Below are positions 51,692-63,932 of a stretch of DNA of 64,000 nt, piece by piece. The first letter of the stretch is position 1. Each line of letters opens with the position of its first letter. The notes beneath the pieces were generated by a model that had not been told where the DNA came from, did no database searches, and worked only from the letters and a program-made list of their open reading frames with translations. The position numbers were made by a program, and so were the translations under genes. This stretch comes from Rhodanobacteraceae bacterium (GTDB taxonomy: Bacteria; Pseudomonadota; Gammaproteobacteria; Xanthomonadales; Rhodanobacteraceae): positions 5,375-69,374 of the forward strand of contig SCQU01000028.1 in NCBI GenBank assembly GCA_004299555.1, read 5' to 3'.

Positions 51692-52294
51692 ATGCGCGTT
51701 TTCGGTCCGTTGTATGAAAAAGCCATCGAGTGGGCGGCCAAGCCGCGCGCCGACGTTGGCTTGGGGTTGCTGAGCTTCGTCGAGGCATTCATCTTTCCGG
51801 TCGCGCCGGAGGTGATGCTGGCGCCGATGACCCTGGCGCGGCCGCGGCGCTGGTGGCAGTTTGCGGGCCTCAGCCTGGCCTGCTCGCTGCTCGGTTCGCT
51901 GGTCGGCTACGCGCTCGGGCACTACGCGTTTGACGCACTCAAGCCGTGGTTGGCCGATGCGGGATGGCTGCCGCACCTGGAAGCGCTGGTGCATACGCTG
52001 GGCGCCGACGCCCACGCGCACCCGTGGAAGGCGTTCTGGCTGCTGGTGGCGGCCGGTTTTGTGCCGATTCCGATGAAGATCGCGAGCTGGGCGTGCGGTA
52101 TCGTGGGAATGCCGATGCTGCCGTTTCTGGGCGGCATCGCGGTCGGGCGCGGCAAGCGCGTGTTTCTGGTCGCCGGCGTCATCCGCCTCGGCGGTGAGCG
52201 CGCCGAACGCATGCTGCACCAATACATCGAGTGGATCGGCTGGGCGCTGGTCGTCCTGATCGCCGCGCTGCTCGTATGGTGGTGGCTGCGCTGA
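51692..52294 (+). CDS. YqaA/DedA-related inner membrane protein
   Basis: LLSFVEAFIFPVAPEVMLAPM... and multiple TM segments match my memory of the YqaA family. Confidence 0.7.
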   Translation: MRVFGPLYEKAIEWAAKPRADVGLGLLSFVEAFIFPVAPEVMLAPMTLARPRRWWQFAGLSLACSLLGSLVGYALGHYAFDALKPWLADAGWLPHLEALVHTLGADAHAHPWKAFWLLVAAGFVPIPMKIASWACGIVGMPMLPFLGGIAVGRGKRVFLVAGVIRLGGERAERMLHQYIEWIGWALVVLIAALLVWWWLR

Positions 52295-52325
52295 GGATGC
52301 TTCTGGCCCCGAGCCGCGCACTGCG

Positions 52326-52353
52326 AAAAAAAACGCCCGGCGAAAGCCGGGCG
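52326..52353 (-). terminator. Rho-independent terminator of psiF (the hairpin also lies downstream of yqaA)
   Basis: The stem cgcccggc (52334-52341), loop gaaa and stem gccgggcg (52346-52353) are read directly. On the minus strand the hairpin is followed by T8 (the a-run at 52326-52333). Confidence 0.7.
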
Positions 52354-52380
52354 TTGCAGGTGTAGCGGCGGACCTCGCAC

Positions 52381-52722
52381 TCAGCCCTTGAGGCAGGTGC
52401 TCATGAAGCTCTTGCGCGCGGCGCCCTTGAGGGCCCTGGCCTTGGCGTCGGCGTTGCAGGTTTTCATCTTGCTCGGCTGGGCAGCCTTGGCCGGGGTTGC
52501 CGCCACGGTCTTGCCGTGCAGGCAATCGCGCATGAATTTCTTGTGCGCGTCGCCCTTCATTCCCTTCGACTGGTGACCGCAGGCCGCCATCTTTTGCTGC
52601 TGGGCGGTCGGGGTCTTGTGCGCGGTGGCGCCGGCGGACTGGGCGCCGGCCGCAAAGGCCGGGGTTGCTGCCAGCGCGCCGAGGCAAAGCCCCAGCGCCA
52701 ACATCGAGGAACGGATCCGCAT
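52381..52722 (-). CDS. psiF: PsiF-repeat family secreted protein
   Basis: A signal peptide is followed by two copies of the Q.KM..C...A...G.KGDA.K.FM..CL-type repeat (QQKMAACGHQSKGMKGDAHKKFMRDCL and SKMKTCNADAKARALKGAARKSFMSTCL). Confidence 0.7.
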   Translation of the reverse strand: MRIRSSMLALGLCLGALAATPAFAAGAQSAGATAHKTPTAQQQKMAACGHQSKGMKGDAHKKFMRDCLHGKTVAATPAKAAQPSKMKTCNADAKARALKGAARKSFMSTCLKG

Positions 52723-52881
52723 GGTCGATCTCCTGGTAATGCCGGCGGATGACCGGCACGGCGAGCATAAACCCGCCGTACTGGCCAGTGCTGACCGGCA
52801 ACCAGCCGGAGTCGTGTAGGCGCAGCGGCCGTCGTGCTGACGGTATCTTCCTGCAGGACGGGCGCCGCGCCAGCGGTGCCG

Positions 52882-54405
52882 TCAGGCCGCTTCCGCGGCC
52901 ACATCCACCGACTTTGCGGCCGATGCCGTCTGGCGCGGCCCGTTCTTGAGGGCTGCGCGGACGTGCTCGACCAGCAGGTCGGTCTCGGCCTCGTTCATGA
53001 GGAAGTGTGGTGTGAAGCGCAGCGAATTGATGCCGCCGTGGATCACGTTGATGCCGTGTTCGCGCATGTATTCCTCGGTCGAACCCGCCCCCGAGCACTT
53101 GAACTCGGGCGCCAGCTCGCACGAGAACAGCAGGCCCGTGCCCTGTACCTTGGTGATGAGGCCGCCGAGTTCGTTCTTGAGCGCGGTAAGCTTCTTGACC
53201 ATCTCGACGCCGCGGTCGCGGATGTTGGCGCGCAACGCCGGGGTGATGTCGCCGAGCACGGCGCAGGCGATGTCGAGTGCGCGCGGATTGCCGGTCATGG
53301 TGTTGCCGTAGGTGCCCTTGCGGTACAGGCCCGCGGCACGCTCGTTCAACGCCAGCACCGACAGCGGGTACTGGCCGGCGTTCAGCGCCTTGGAATAGGT
53401 TTCCATGTCCGGCACCGGGAGCTTCTCGAAACCGGGGTAGTCGATGATCGACAACACGCCCTGCGCGCGCAGGCCGGCCTGGATCGAATCGACCAGCAGC
53501 AAGGAACCATGCGCCCGCGTCAGCTCGCACGCCGCGGCGTAGAACTCCGGCGTAACCGCGCGCCCCGGGTCGCCTTCGCCCATCACCGGCTCAAGGAACA
53601 TGGCCTCGAAGAACCAGCCGTTCTTCTCGGCTTCGTCAAATATCCGGTGCAGGCCGGCGACGTCGTAGGGCTCGGCGACGACCACCGAATGCTCGTCGCG
53701 GAAACTCGCGAGGGTCGATTCATAGGCCTTGCGGGTGGAGTTGGAATAACGCGCCGGCTCGCCGGTGCGGCCGTGGAACGCGCCCCTGACGGTCAAGCGC
53801 TTGATCTGGCGGCCGGCGTACTTGGCGCCCGGGTCGGTCATCAGCTTGGCGTTGGTGTCGGCGATGCGCGCGGCCAGCGTCACCGATTCCGAGCCCGAGT
53901 TGAGGCACATGAATTTGGCAAACGGGTGCGCTCCGCGATGGTTGCCGATTTCCTTCCGCAGCGCCTCGGTGAAGGCGTGCTGCGCCAGCGAGGGCGTCAT
54001 GATGTTGGCCATCGCCTGCGGCTTGGCCATCGCCTTCAGCACGGCCGGCGGATTGTGGCCAAAGCCCAGCATCCCGTAGCCGCCACAGTCATACAGCACC
54101 GCGCCCTTCAAGGTCACGACCCAGGCGCCGCGCGCCGCCAGCGGGATGTATGGGCAGATGCCATCATCCGGGTAGAAGTTCACAAAGCCCGATTGCACCG
54201 CGTGCAATTGCGCGTCTTCATCCAGCCCAAGCACCGCGGGCTGGGTGGATTTCAACTGCGTGAACGCCGCATGGGCGTCGCCAATTGCTCCGGCAAGGTC
54301 GGCGTCCTGCGCGGCAAAGCGCTCGACGGTGGCATCATCCAGCCCGGGGGTGCGGATCTTGCCGCCCTGGTTGCGCAGCTCGTGCAGCATGTCGATCGAT
54401 TTCAT
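52882..54405 (-). CDS. Class III (ornithine/GABA-type) PLP aminotransferase with an extended N-terminus
   Basis: FMCLNSGSESVTLAARIA, EPVMGEGDPG, LLLVDSIQAGL and YSKALNAG (the candidate PLP Lys) are present. At 507 aa it is longer than typical family members. Confidence 0.8.
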   Translation of the reverse strand: MKSIDMLHELRNQGGKIRTPGLDDATVERFAAQDADLAGAIGDAHAAFTQLKSTQPAVLGLDEDAQLHAVQSGFVNFYPDDGICPYIPLAARGAWVVTLKGAVLYDCGGYGMLGFGHNPPAVLKAMAKPQAMANIMTPSLAQHAFTEALRKEIGNHRGAHPFAKFMCLNSGSESVTLAARIADTNAKLMTDPGAKYAGRQIKRLTVRGAFHGRTGEPARYSNSTRKAYESTLASFRDEHSVVVAEPYDVAGLHRIFDEAEKNGWFFEAMFLEPVMGEGDPGRAVTPEFYAAACELTRAHGSLLLVDSIQAGLRAQGVLSIIDYPGFEKLPVPDMETYSKALNAGQYPLSVLALNERAAGLYRKGTYGNTMTGNPRALDIACAVLGDITPALRANIRDRGVEMVKKLTALKNELGGLITKVQGTGLLFSCELAPEFKCSGAGSTEEYMREHGINVIHGGINSLRFTPHFLMNEAETDLLVEHVRAALKNGPRQTASAAKSVDVAAEAA

Positions 54406-54527
54406 GGGTACCTCCAGCAGCGCAACACCACGGTGGCGTCGCGCGTAAGTGGTTAACGCAGAAAAGAAAACGTCCGCTCATTCTAGCATCGCACAGGGGC
54501 CGGCGTAACCCCATCGGTGCCGCATGA

Positions 54528-54546
54528 CGGCTGTCAGCCACGGTGG
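54528..54546. promoter_or_regulatory. Perfect 19-bp palindrome in the divergent aminotransferase / histidine-kinase spacer
   Basis: gtcagccac-g-gtggctgac was read directly. It has 9-bp arms with no mismatch. Confidence 0.3.
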
Positions 54547-54654
54547 CTGACGCGCCGCGCTTACCGGCCGCGTGACGTTGGGTGCATGATGGCCGCACGT
54601 GAACGCGCCGCCATCGGCTCGCATTGCAGCGGGCAAGTCGCACGAGGTCGCAAC

Positions 54655-55848
54655 GTGAAGTTCAGCATCGCCCCCGATTCGGCCTGGTGTGCCACCCGCG
54701 ACGAAGTCCGCGGCTGGCATCGGGTGCTGGGACCGTGGGTGTGGCTCGTGTGGCTCGTGTGGCTTGCGGGCCCGGCGTTCCTTGGCATCCACGAGTTTCA
54801 TCACTGGGTGCTGCCGACCGCGCTGAGCGTGCCGGTGTTCCTTGCGGTGTATGTGGCGGCCTACCTCATGCCGCGGCGCCACATGGCCTGGCACGCGCTG
54901 GCCATCATCGGCATCTGCATGGCGGTCACGCCGTTCAATCCGTTTGCGCAGACCTATGCGGTGTACGCCTGCGCGGTGGCCGCGGGTTGGAGCGCTCCGC
55001 GCCGTTCGGGTGTACTGGTACTGGCGCTGCTGGCCCTGTACACGGCCGAGTGGTTCCTCCTGCGGTTTCCCGGGATCTCGATCATCAACATCTGGATCCT
55101 GTGCCCGATCATCGCCGGACTCATCATGGCGCAGCGCTCACAAGCCCAGCATCGGGCCGAGCTGCGCCTGTCGCACGATGAAATCCGCCGTCTTGCCGCG
55201 AGCGCCGAACGCGAGCGCATCGGCCGCGACCTGCATGATCTGCTCGGGCACACGTTGTCGATGGTGGCGTTGAAATCCGAATTGGCCGGGCGCCTGATCA
55301 AGCGCGATCCGGCGGCCGCCAAGCGCGAAATGGCCGACGTCGAACGCGTGGCGCGCGATGCCTTGTCGCAGGTACGCAGCGCGGTCAGCGGCATCCGCGC
55401 GGCGGCGCTGGCGTCGGAGTTTGCCTCAGCGCGGCTGCTGCTGGAAACCGCCGGCGTGCATATGGATTACTGGAGCGACGGCAATGAGCTGCCGCCGGAT
55501 GTCGAAACCTGCCTTGCCCTGGTGCTGCGCGAGGCGGTCACCAACATCCAGCGTCATGCGCGCGCCAGCCGCGTGGAAGTCAGCGTCATCGCGGGCGCCG
55601 GGTGCGTGGTCCTGCGGGTGCGTGATGACGGTCGCGGCGGTATCGGCGCGCATGGCAACGGCCTGACGGGAATGCGTGAGCGCATCGCGGCGCGCGGCGG
55701 TGAAATCTGGATTGATTCGCCGCAGGGCCGCGGCACGGCGCTTGAAGTACGGCTGCCGTTACCGCGCGTGCCACTGGGTGCCGGCCAGCGCGAGGTGGTA
55801 GCGATCACGGCCGTGGCAGGTACGCAGCACGCGGGCGGCCGCGCATGA
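54655..55848 (+). CDS. HisKA_3 (DesK/NarX/LiaS-type) sensor histidine kinase
   Basis: Multiple TM helices are followed by the H-box ERERIGRDLHDLLGHTLS and an HATPase_c domain (EAVTNIQRHA...DDGRG...GNGLTGMRER). The start is uncertain: GTG 54655 was preferred (GAGG 7 nt upstream), but ATG 54586 is possible. Confidence 0.8.
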   Translation: MKFSIAPDSAWCATRDEVRGWHRVLGPWVWLVWLVWLAGPAFLGIHEFHHWVLPTALSVPVFLAVYVAAYLMPRRHMAWHALAIIGICMAVTPFNPFAQTYAVYACAVAAGWSAPRRSGVLVLALLALYTAEWFLLRFPGISIINIWILCPIIAGLIMAQRSQAQHRAELRLSHDEIRRLAASAERERIGRDLHDLLGHTLSMVALKSELAGRLIKRDPAAAKREMADVERVARDALSQVRSAVSGIRAAALASEFASARLLLETAGVHMDYWSDGNELPPDVETCLALVLREAVTNIQRHARASRVEVSVIAGAGCVVLRVRDDGRGGIGAHGNGLTGMRERIAARGGEIWIDSPQGRGTALEVRLPLPRVPLGAGQREVVAITAVAGTQHAGGRA

Positions 55849-56447
55849 TGCGGGTGCTGCTGGCCGAGGATCAGGCCATGGTGCGGGGCGCGCTGGCCGC
55901 GCTGCTTGCATTGGAACCGGATATCGAAGTGGCGGGTTCAGCCGCGGACGGCGAAGCCGCGTGGCGCGAGGTCGAGCGCGTGAAACCCGACATCCTTATT
56001 TCCGACATTGAAATGCCGGGCTTGACCGGGCTGGAGCTGGCGCAGCGCATCCAGCGTCATGGGCTGCCGGTCAAGGTGGTGATCGTGACGACTTTCGCGC
56101 GCGCGGGTTACTTGCGCCGGGCGCTCGATGCCGGTGTGTCGGGCTACCTGTTGAAGGATGCACCGGCCGAGAAGTTGGCTGACTCGCTGCGGCAGGTGCA
56201 GCGTGGCGGGCGCGCGATCGACCCCGAGCTGGCGCTGGAAGCCTGGACCGAAGCCGACCCCTTGAACGACCGCGAGCGCCAGGTATTGCGGCTGGCGGGC
56301 GAGGGTCAAAGCGCCGGCGACATCGCGCAAAAGCTCGGCCTGTCGCACGGCACGGTACGCAACTACCTGTCCGAAGCGATCGGCAAGCTTGGTGTCAGCA
56401 ACCGGATCGAGGCGTACCGGCTGGCGCGCCAAAAAGGCTGGCTGTAA
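55845..56447 (+). CDS. NarL/LuxR-family response regulator
   Basis: The REC domain reads RVLLAEDQAMV...ILISDIEMPGLTG. The LuxR HTH reads LNDRERQVLRLAGEGQSAGDIAQKLGLSHGTVRNYLSEAIGKLGVSNR. An ATGA overlap links it to the kinase. Confidence 0.9.
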   Translation: MMRVLLAEDQAMVRGALAALLALEPDIEVAGSAADGEAAWREVERVKPDILISDIEMPGLTGLELAQRIQRHGLPVKVVIVTTFARAGYLRRALDAGVSGYLLKDAPAEKLADSLRQVQRGGRAIDPELALEAWTEADPLNDRERQVLRLAGEGQSAGDIAQKLGLSHGTVRNYLSEAIGKLGVSNRIEAYRLARQKGWL

Positions 56448-56571
56448 AACGCGCGATGACCTGCTGCCCGCACCAACCCGGGCGGTGCGGTTGCGCTGCG
56501 GCGCTAAAATCGCGCATCCGCGCAACCCTACGGGCGTCACCGCGCGGACCTTTGCCGCGGCGAGCGAACCC

Positions 56572-58921
<2,350 letters not shown>

Positions 58922-58928
58922 CCCCCTT

Positions 58929-59110
58929 CGTGCCGAAGGGGGTGGGGGCGCGATGCGGTGCCGTCCCGCCCGCGCCAAAGGGGGTGCGGGCGCGATGCGG
59001 TGCCGTCCCGCCCGTGCCAAAGGGGGTGGGGGCGCGACGCGGTGCCGTCCCGCCCGTGCCAAAGGGGGTGGGGGCGCGACGCGGTGCCGTCCCGCCCGTA
59101 CCGAAGGGGC
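58929..59110. repeat. 42-bp direct tandem repeat, about 4.4 units
   Basis: The units are 58929-58970, 58971-59012, 59013-59054 and 59055-59096, plus a partial fifth. The consensus is cgtgccaaagggggtgggggcgcgacgcggtgccgtcccgcc, with 1-3 substitutions between units. Each unit carries the hairpin ggcgcgacg-cggtgc-cgtcccgcc. Confidence 0.9.
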
Positions 59111-59141
59111 GACGGACCCGAAGTGCTGGCAATCGGTGCTT

Positions 59142-59176
59142 CCCCCTTCCGCAGGAAGGGGGATCGAGGGGGATGG
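59142..59176. repeat. Hairpin repeat cccccttcc-N4-ggaaggggg + atcgagggggatgg, copy 2
   Basis: cccccttccgcaggaagggggatcgagggggatgg. A degenerate third copy lies at about 63866-63912 (ctttcccttccgcaggaagc...gcgatgg). Confidence 0.75.
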
Positions 59177-59184
59177 CTGCAGGA

Positions 59185-60818
59185 CTACAGCGCGTCGATG
59201 ATGCGGTCAATGCCGTGCGCGCAAAAGCGCCGCAAGGCTGCTGCCGGTGCGGCATCACCGCGTTCGCGCTGCGCCCAGGCCGCGTGGCGCGCAAGCAAGG
59301 CCGCTGCGAGACTACGCGCGCAGGTGGTGCCAAGCCGCAGCGCACCGGCCTGCAGCGCGTCGTCGTCACGCGCGTGGTCGCGCAGCCAGGTATCCGCGTG
59401 CAGGATGGCGGCGTGGACGGCTTCGGCGTTGTTTTCGGGGATGCCGCCGCTGGCCGCTTCCAGCCACGCATCCACCGCGTTTACGACGGGATCGATGCCG
59501 AGCTTGCCGAGCGCGCGCAGGAAATCCAGCGCCTGCACGTTGCTGGCACCTTCCCAGATTGGCAGCACCTGCTGGTCGCGCAGCAGCAGCGGTATGCCGC
59601 TGTCTTCAAGGTAGCCGATGCCGCCGAAAGCCTCGACCGTCTCCGAGGCGATGCGGACGCCGAGCTTGCAGATCCACAGTTTCGCCAAGGGCGTCAGCAG
59701 CCGCTGCAGGGCTGCGTCGCGCTCGTCACCGGCGCCGGCGCCGGATTCGACCCGGCCCAGCAGCATTGCCACCTCCATCGCAAGGTGGAACGCCGCTTCA
59801 AACTCGGCTTCCCAGCCGGCCAGCGAGTCGGCAAACAGCGGTTGCTCGATGAGGCTGCGGCCAAAGACCTTGCGCCGCTGTGCGTAGTCGCGGGTGAGCG
59901 CGAGACAGTGCGCCATCGTCGAGAGTGAGCCGAAGGCATTCCACAGACGCGTGACCCGCAGCACCGGGGTGATCGCGCGCACGCCGTACTGGTTGCCAGC
60001 CAGCAGCTCGGCCCGCGTGTCGGCAAGGTGGATTTCAGCGGTCGGCAATTCTCGCGTGCCGAGCTTGTCCTTCAGGCGGTCGATGGTGATGCCGTTCCAG
60101 GCGCCGCCCGGGGTGTGCGTTTCCAGTCCGAACAACGCCAGCCCGTCGGCGCCGTTGGCATTGCCTTCCGGGCGCGCGAGCGCCAGTGCAAATTCCGCGT
60201 TGATCGCCGAGGTGAACCATTTGCGTCCGTTGAGGCGCCAGCTGCCGTCGCGGTCGTGGCGCGCGGTGGTCTCGCTCATGCCAACGTCCGAGCCGCCGGA
60301 GTTTTCGGTCATCCACTGGCCGCTTACCCAGAACGTGGCGGGGTCGCGGCTGAGAAGGTGCGGCAAGACGCGGTCACGCAACGCGGTATTGGTGGCGGCG
60401 TGGAGCGCGGTCGCGACCCCGTCGGTCATCGCCAGCGGGCAGGAATAGAAGGCGCTGGCCGCGTGGTACAGGTACACCTTGGTGAACTGCAGCGCGCGCG
60501 CAAACGCACCGAAGGCAGGGTCGTGGCCGTCGGCGACCAGTCCGCGTCCGGCCGCAATCGCCGGGCCTTCGCGCCAGGTTTCCGTCAACTCGATGCGATC
60601 GACGCGATTGCCCCAGACGTCCCACCGGGTGAGGACCGGCTCGGCCGGCGCGGTCGTCATCTGGCGTGCGTACGCGCGTTGCGCGTAGCTGGCGAGGGCG
60701 TGGAAGTCGGGCTCGGCGGCACGGCGGATGGGTTCTGGCAGCGCGCGCGCAAGCCAGGATTGCAGCACGCGGTCATTCGCGTACGGGTTGGGTAGTTCCG
60801 GTGCCGGCTGGATGAAGG

Positions 60819-60822
<4 letters not shown>
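59185..60822 (-). CDS. AidB-like acyl-CoA dehydrogenase family protein
   Basis: The 545-aa protein has an N-terminal extension before the ACAD fold, with ...MTENSGGSDVG... and ...IWEGASNVQALD.... It overlaps the upstream DUF2069 gene by 4 nt. Confidence 0.8.
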
Positions 60823-61804
<982 letters not shown>

Positions 61805-61817
61805 TTAGCCTCGCGAC

Positions 61818-63110
61818 ATGCGCTCAACGACCTTCATTCCGCAGGGCACACGCCGGGATCGCGTGCGGGCGTTTGAACGCTTCCTGTGGCAACGTTTTCG
61901 CGACGACAAGTGCTTCGAGACCGCCGGTGCATTGTCCTACACCACGCTGTTTGCCATCGTACCGATGCTGGCCGCGGTGATCGCCATCGTGTCGGTATTT
62001 CCGGCTTTTGAGGGCCTGCGCGACGGCGTGACGCGCTTCATCTTCCGAAGCTTTGTGCCGGCGGCCGGCGAAACCGTCCAGGGATACCTGCTCCAGTTTG
62101 CCGACAACGCCAGCCGCCTGACGCTGCTGGGGGTGTTGGTGCTGGTGGCCAGTGCCCTGATGATGATGGCCAGCATCGAGGACCGCTTCAACCGGATCTG
62201 GCGGATCAGCGAGCGGCGCAAGGGCAGCGCGCGCCTGCTTTTGTACTGGGCGGCCCTGACGCTGGGCCCGATCCTGGTGGTGGCGAGCGTGGGCGTGAGT
62301 TCGTGGCTCTACGCGCAGCCGCTCTGGCGCGGGGTGGCGCACCAGGGCATCGCGGGCTTCCGGTTGTGGCTGCTGGCGCCATTCCTGATCAGCTGGGCCG
62401 GGTTGACGCTGTTGTACGAAGTGGTGCCCAACTGCCGGGTACGTTGGCGCGATGCAGTCATCGGCGCCCTGGTCGCGGCGGTGTTGTTCGAGTTCGCGCG
62501 GCGCGGGTTTGAGCTGTATGTGCGCAGCATCGCCAATTACCGCGAGGTGTATGGTGCGCTGGCCGCGATCCCGATATTCCTGATCTGGGTGTACCTGTCG
62601 TGGGTGATCGTGTTGCTGGGCGCGATCCTGGCCGCGGCGCTGCACGCGTTCGAATACCGGAGCGCCGACGAACTGCTGCCCCCCGGGTGTGAATTTGTCG
62701 GCCTGCTGCGCGTCGTCCAGCATTTTGTCGTTGCCCAGCGCACGGGCGCGAGCTTGCGGGCGGCGGAGTTGACGGCCCGCGAGCACTTTCTCACCACCGA
62801 CCTGTTGCAGCGGTACCTGGATGAGCTGCAGCGCGCCGGGGTCATTCGCCGGGCCGCTGACGGTGCGTGGGTCATGGCGCGCGATCCGGGCAGCGTGCGC
62901 GTCGATGACCTGTTGCGCACGGGCGGGTATCGGCTGCCTGCGGACGCGTTGGCATTGCAACGCGCGGCAGCGGGGCTGGCGCCGGAAGCCCGCGTGCTGT
63001 TGCAGCGTGCGGAAACCGCCCTGCGGGAAGGCCTCGCGGTGTCGTTGCGTGCGCTATTCTCCGCCTCGCCACCGGCGGTGGTGGCGACTTCCGACGAGCA
63101 GCCGCGATGA
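61818..63110 (+). CDS. YihY/BrkB family inner membrane protein with a C-terminal soluble extension
   Basis: AGALSYTTLFAIVPMLAV..., YGALAAIPIFLIWVYLSWVIVLLGA and six TM segments are present, followed by a ~130-aa C-terminal extension. Confidence 0.8.
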   Translation: MRSTTFIPQGTRRDRVRAFERFLWQRFRDDKCFETAGALSYTTLFAIVPMLAAVIAIVSVFPAFEGLRDGVTRFIFRSFVPAAGETVQGYLLQFADNASRLTLLGVLVLVASALMMMASIEDRFNRIWRISERRKGSARLLLYWAALTLGPILVVASVGVSSWLYAQPLWRGVAHQGIAGFRLWLLAPFLISWAGLTLLYEVVPNCRVRWRDAVIGALVAAVLFEFARRGFELYVRSIANYREVYGALAAIPIFLIWVYLSWVIVLLGAILAAALHAFEYRSADELLPPGCEFVGLLRVVQHFVVAQRTGASLRAAELTAREHFLTTDLLQRYLDELQRAGVIRRAADGAWVMARDPGSVRVDDLLRTGGYRLPADALALQRAAAGLAPEARVLLQRAETALREGLAVSLRALFSASPPAVVATSDEQPR

Positions 63111-63586
63111 ATCGGTGTCTGTTGCGTGTGGTGCTGCCGGCCCTGCTGCTTGTGCCCATGTGCGCGCCGGCAACCGCTGCCGCGCCGCGGCTGGTCGTCC
63201 GGACGCTGGCGGGCAAGACCTTCAGCCTGGCGGCTGAGCGCGGCAAGTGGGTGATCGTCAATTTCTGGGCGACCTGGTGCGCGCCGTGCATCGCCGAGAT
63301 GCCGGCGATCTCGAAGTTCGTCGCCGCGCACAAGAACGTCGCGGCGATCGGACTGGCGTGGGATCGCTCGCCGCGGGGCGACCTCCTGGAGTTCGCGCGC
63401 CGGCACCCGGTGGCCTATCCGTTGGCGCAGGTCGACATGGACGATCCGCGCACCGGCTTTCCCGCGCCGCTGGGATTGCCGACGACTTATTTGATTGCGC
63501 CCGATGGACGCGTCGCGCGGCATTTCATCGGGCCGGTCAACGCCAAGCTGTTGACGCAGGCGATGGCCGCGCGGGCGGTGCAGTAG
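63107..63586 (+). CDS. TlpA-family periplasmic thiol:disulfide oxidoreductase
   Basis: A signal peptide is followed by VIVNFWATWCAPCIAEMP, a thioredoxin-fold CxxC motif. An ATGA overlap links it to yihY. Confidence 0.8.
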   Translation: MNRCLLRVVLPALLLVPMCAPATAAAPRLVVRTLAGKTFSLAAERGKWVIVNFWATWCAPCIAEMPAISKFVAAHKNVAAIGLAWDRSPRGDLLEFARRHPVAYPLAQVDMDDPRTGFPAPLGLPTTYLIAPDGRVARHFIGPVNAKLLTQAMAARAVQ

Positions 63587-63588
63587 CC

Positions 63589-63855
63589 GTGCCCTGTGCC
63601 CGCTTCATCGTGACTGGCCGCGTGCAGGGCGTGTTCTTCCGCGCCTCCACCCGCACCCGCGCATTGCAGCTCGGACTTGCCGGCCACGCGAATAACCGCG
63701 TCGATGGCAGCGTCGAGGTGGTCGCGTCGGGCAGCCAGGGCGCGCTCGATGAACTGGATGGCTGGTTGCACCATGGCCCGCCCGCCGCGCACGTGGACCG
63801 GGTGGCGCGCGAAGCGCTGCCCGAGCAGGAACTGCGCGGGTTCACGACAGGTTGA
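63589..63855 (+). CDS. acyP: Acylphosphatase
   Basis: The GTG start gives VPCARFIVTGRVQGVFFRASTRTRALQLGLAGHANNRVDGSVEVVASG, containing the V.G.VQGV.FR signature. Length 88 aa. Confidence 0.8.
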   Translation: MPCARFIVTGRVQGVFFRASTRTRALQLGLAGHANNRVDGSVEVVASGSQGALDELDGWLHHGPPAAHVDRVAREALPEQELRGFTTG

Positions 63856-63932
63856 GCCGGGACGGAAGCCGGCTTTCCCTTCCGCAGGAAGCAGAAGCGG
63901 GCGATGGCTTGATCGATCCCCAGACGCCGGGT

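Noticed and set aside
52723-52881. A Pho box upstream of psiF.
   Set aside because: No CTGTCAT-N4-CTGTCAT-like direct repeat is visible in the 159-bp region, so the phosphate-starvation link is only by family name.
58929-59110. The possibility that the 42-bp repeats are a CRISPR array.
   Set aside because: The units are directly adjacent with no unique spacers, there are only about 4.4 units, and no cas genes or leader lie nearby.
58922-59184. The possibility that the tandem repeat encodes a 14-aa repeat protein (PKGVGARRGAVPPV and similar in the listed ORFs 58591-59928, 58848-59201 and 58958-59614).
   Set aside because: No RBS or plausible start precedes the array. The listed ORFs begin inside tgt or in the repeats themselves. 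All three frames are open merely because of the sequence composition, and the region is flanked by hairpin repeats typical of non-coding DNA.
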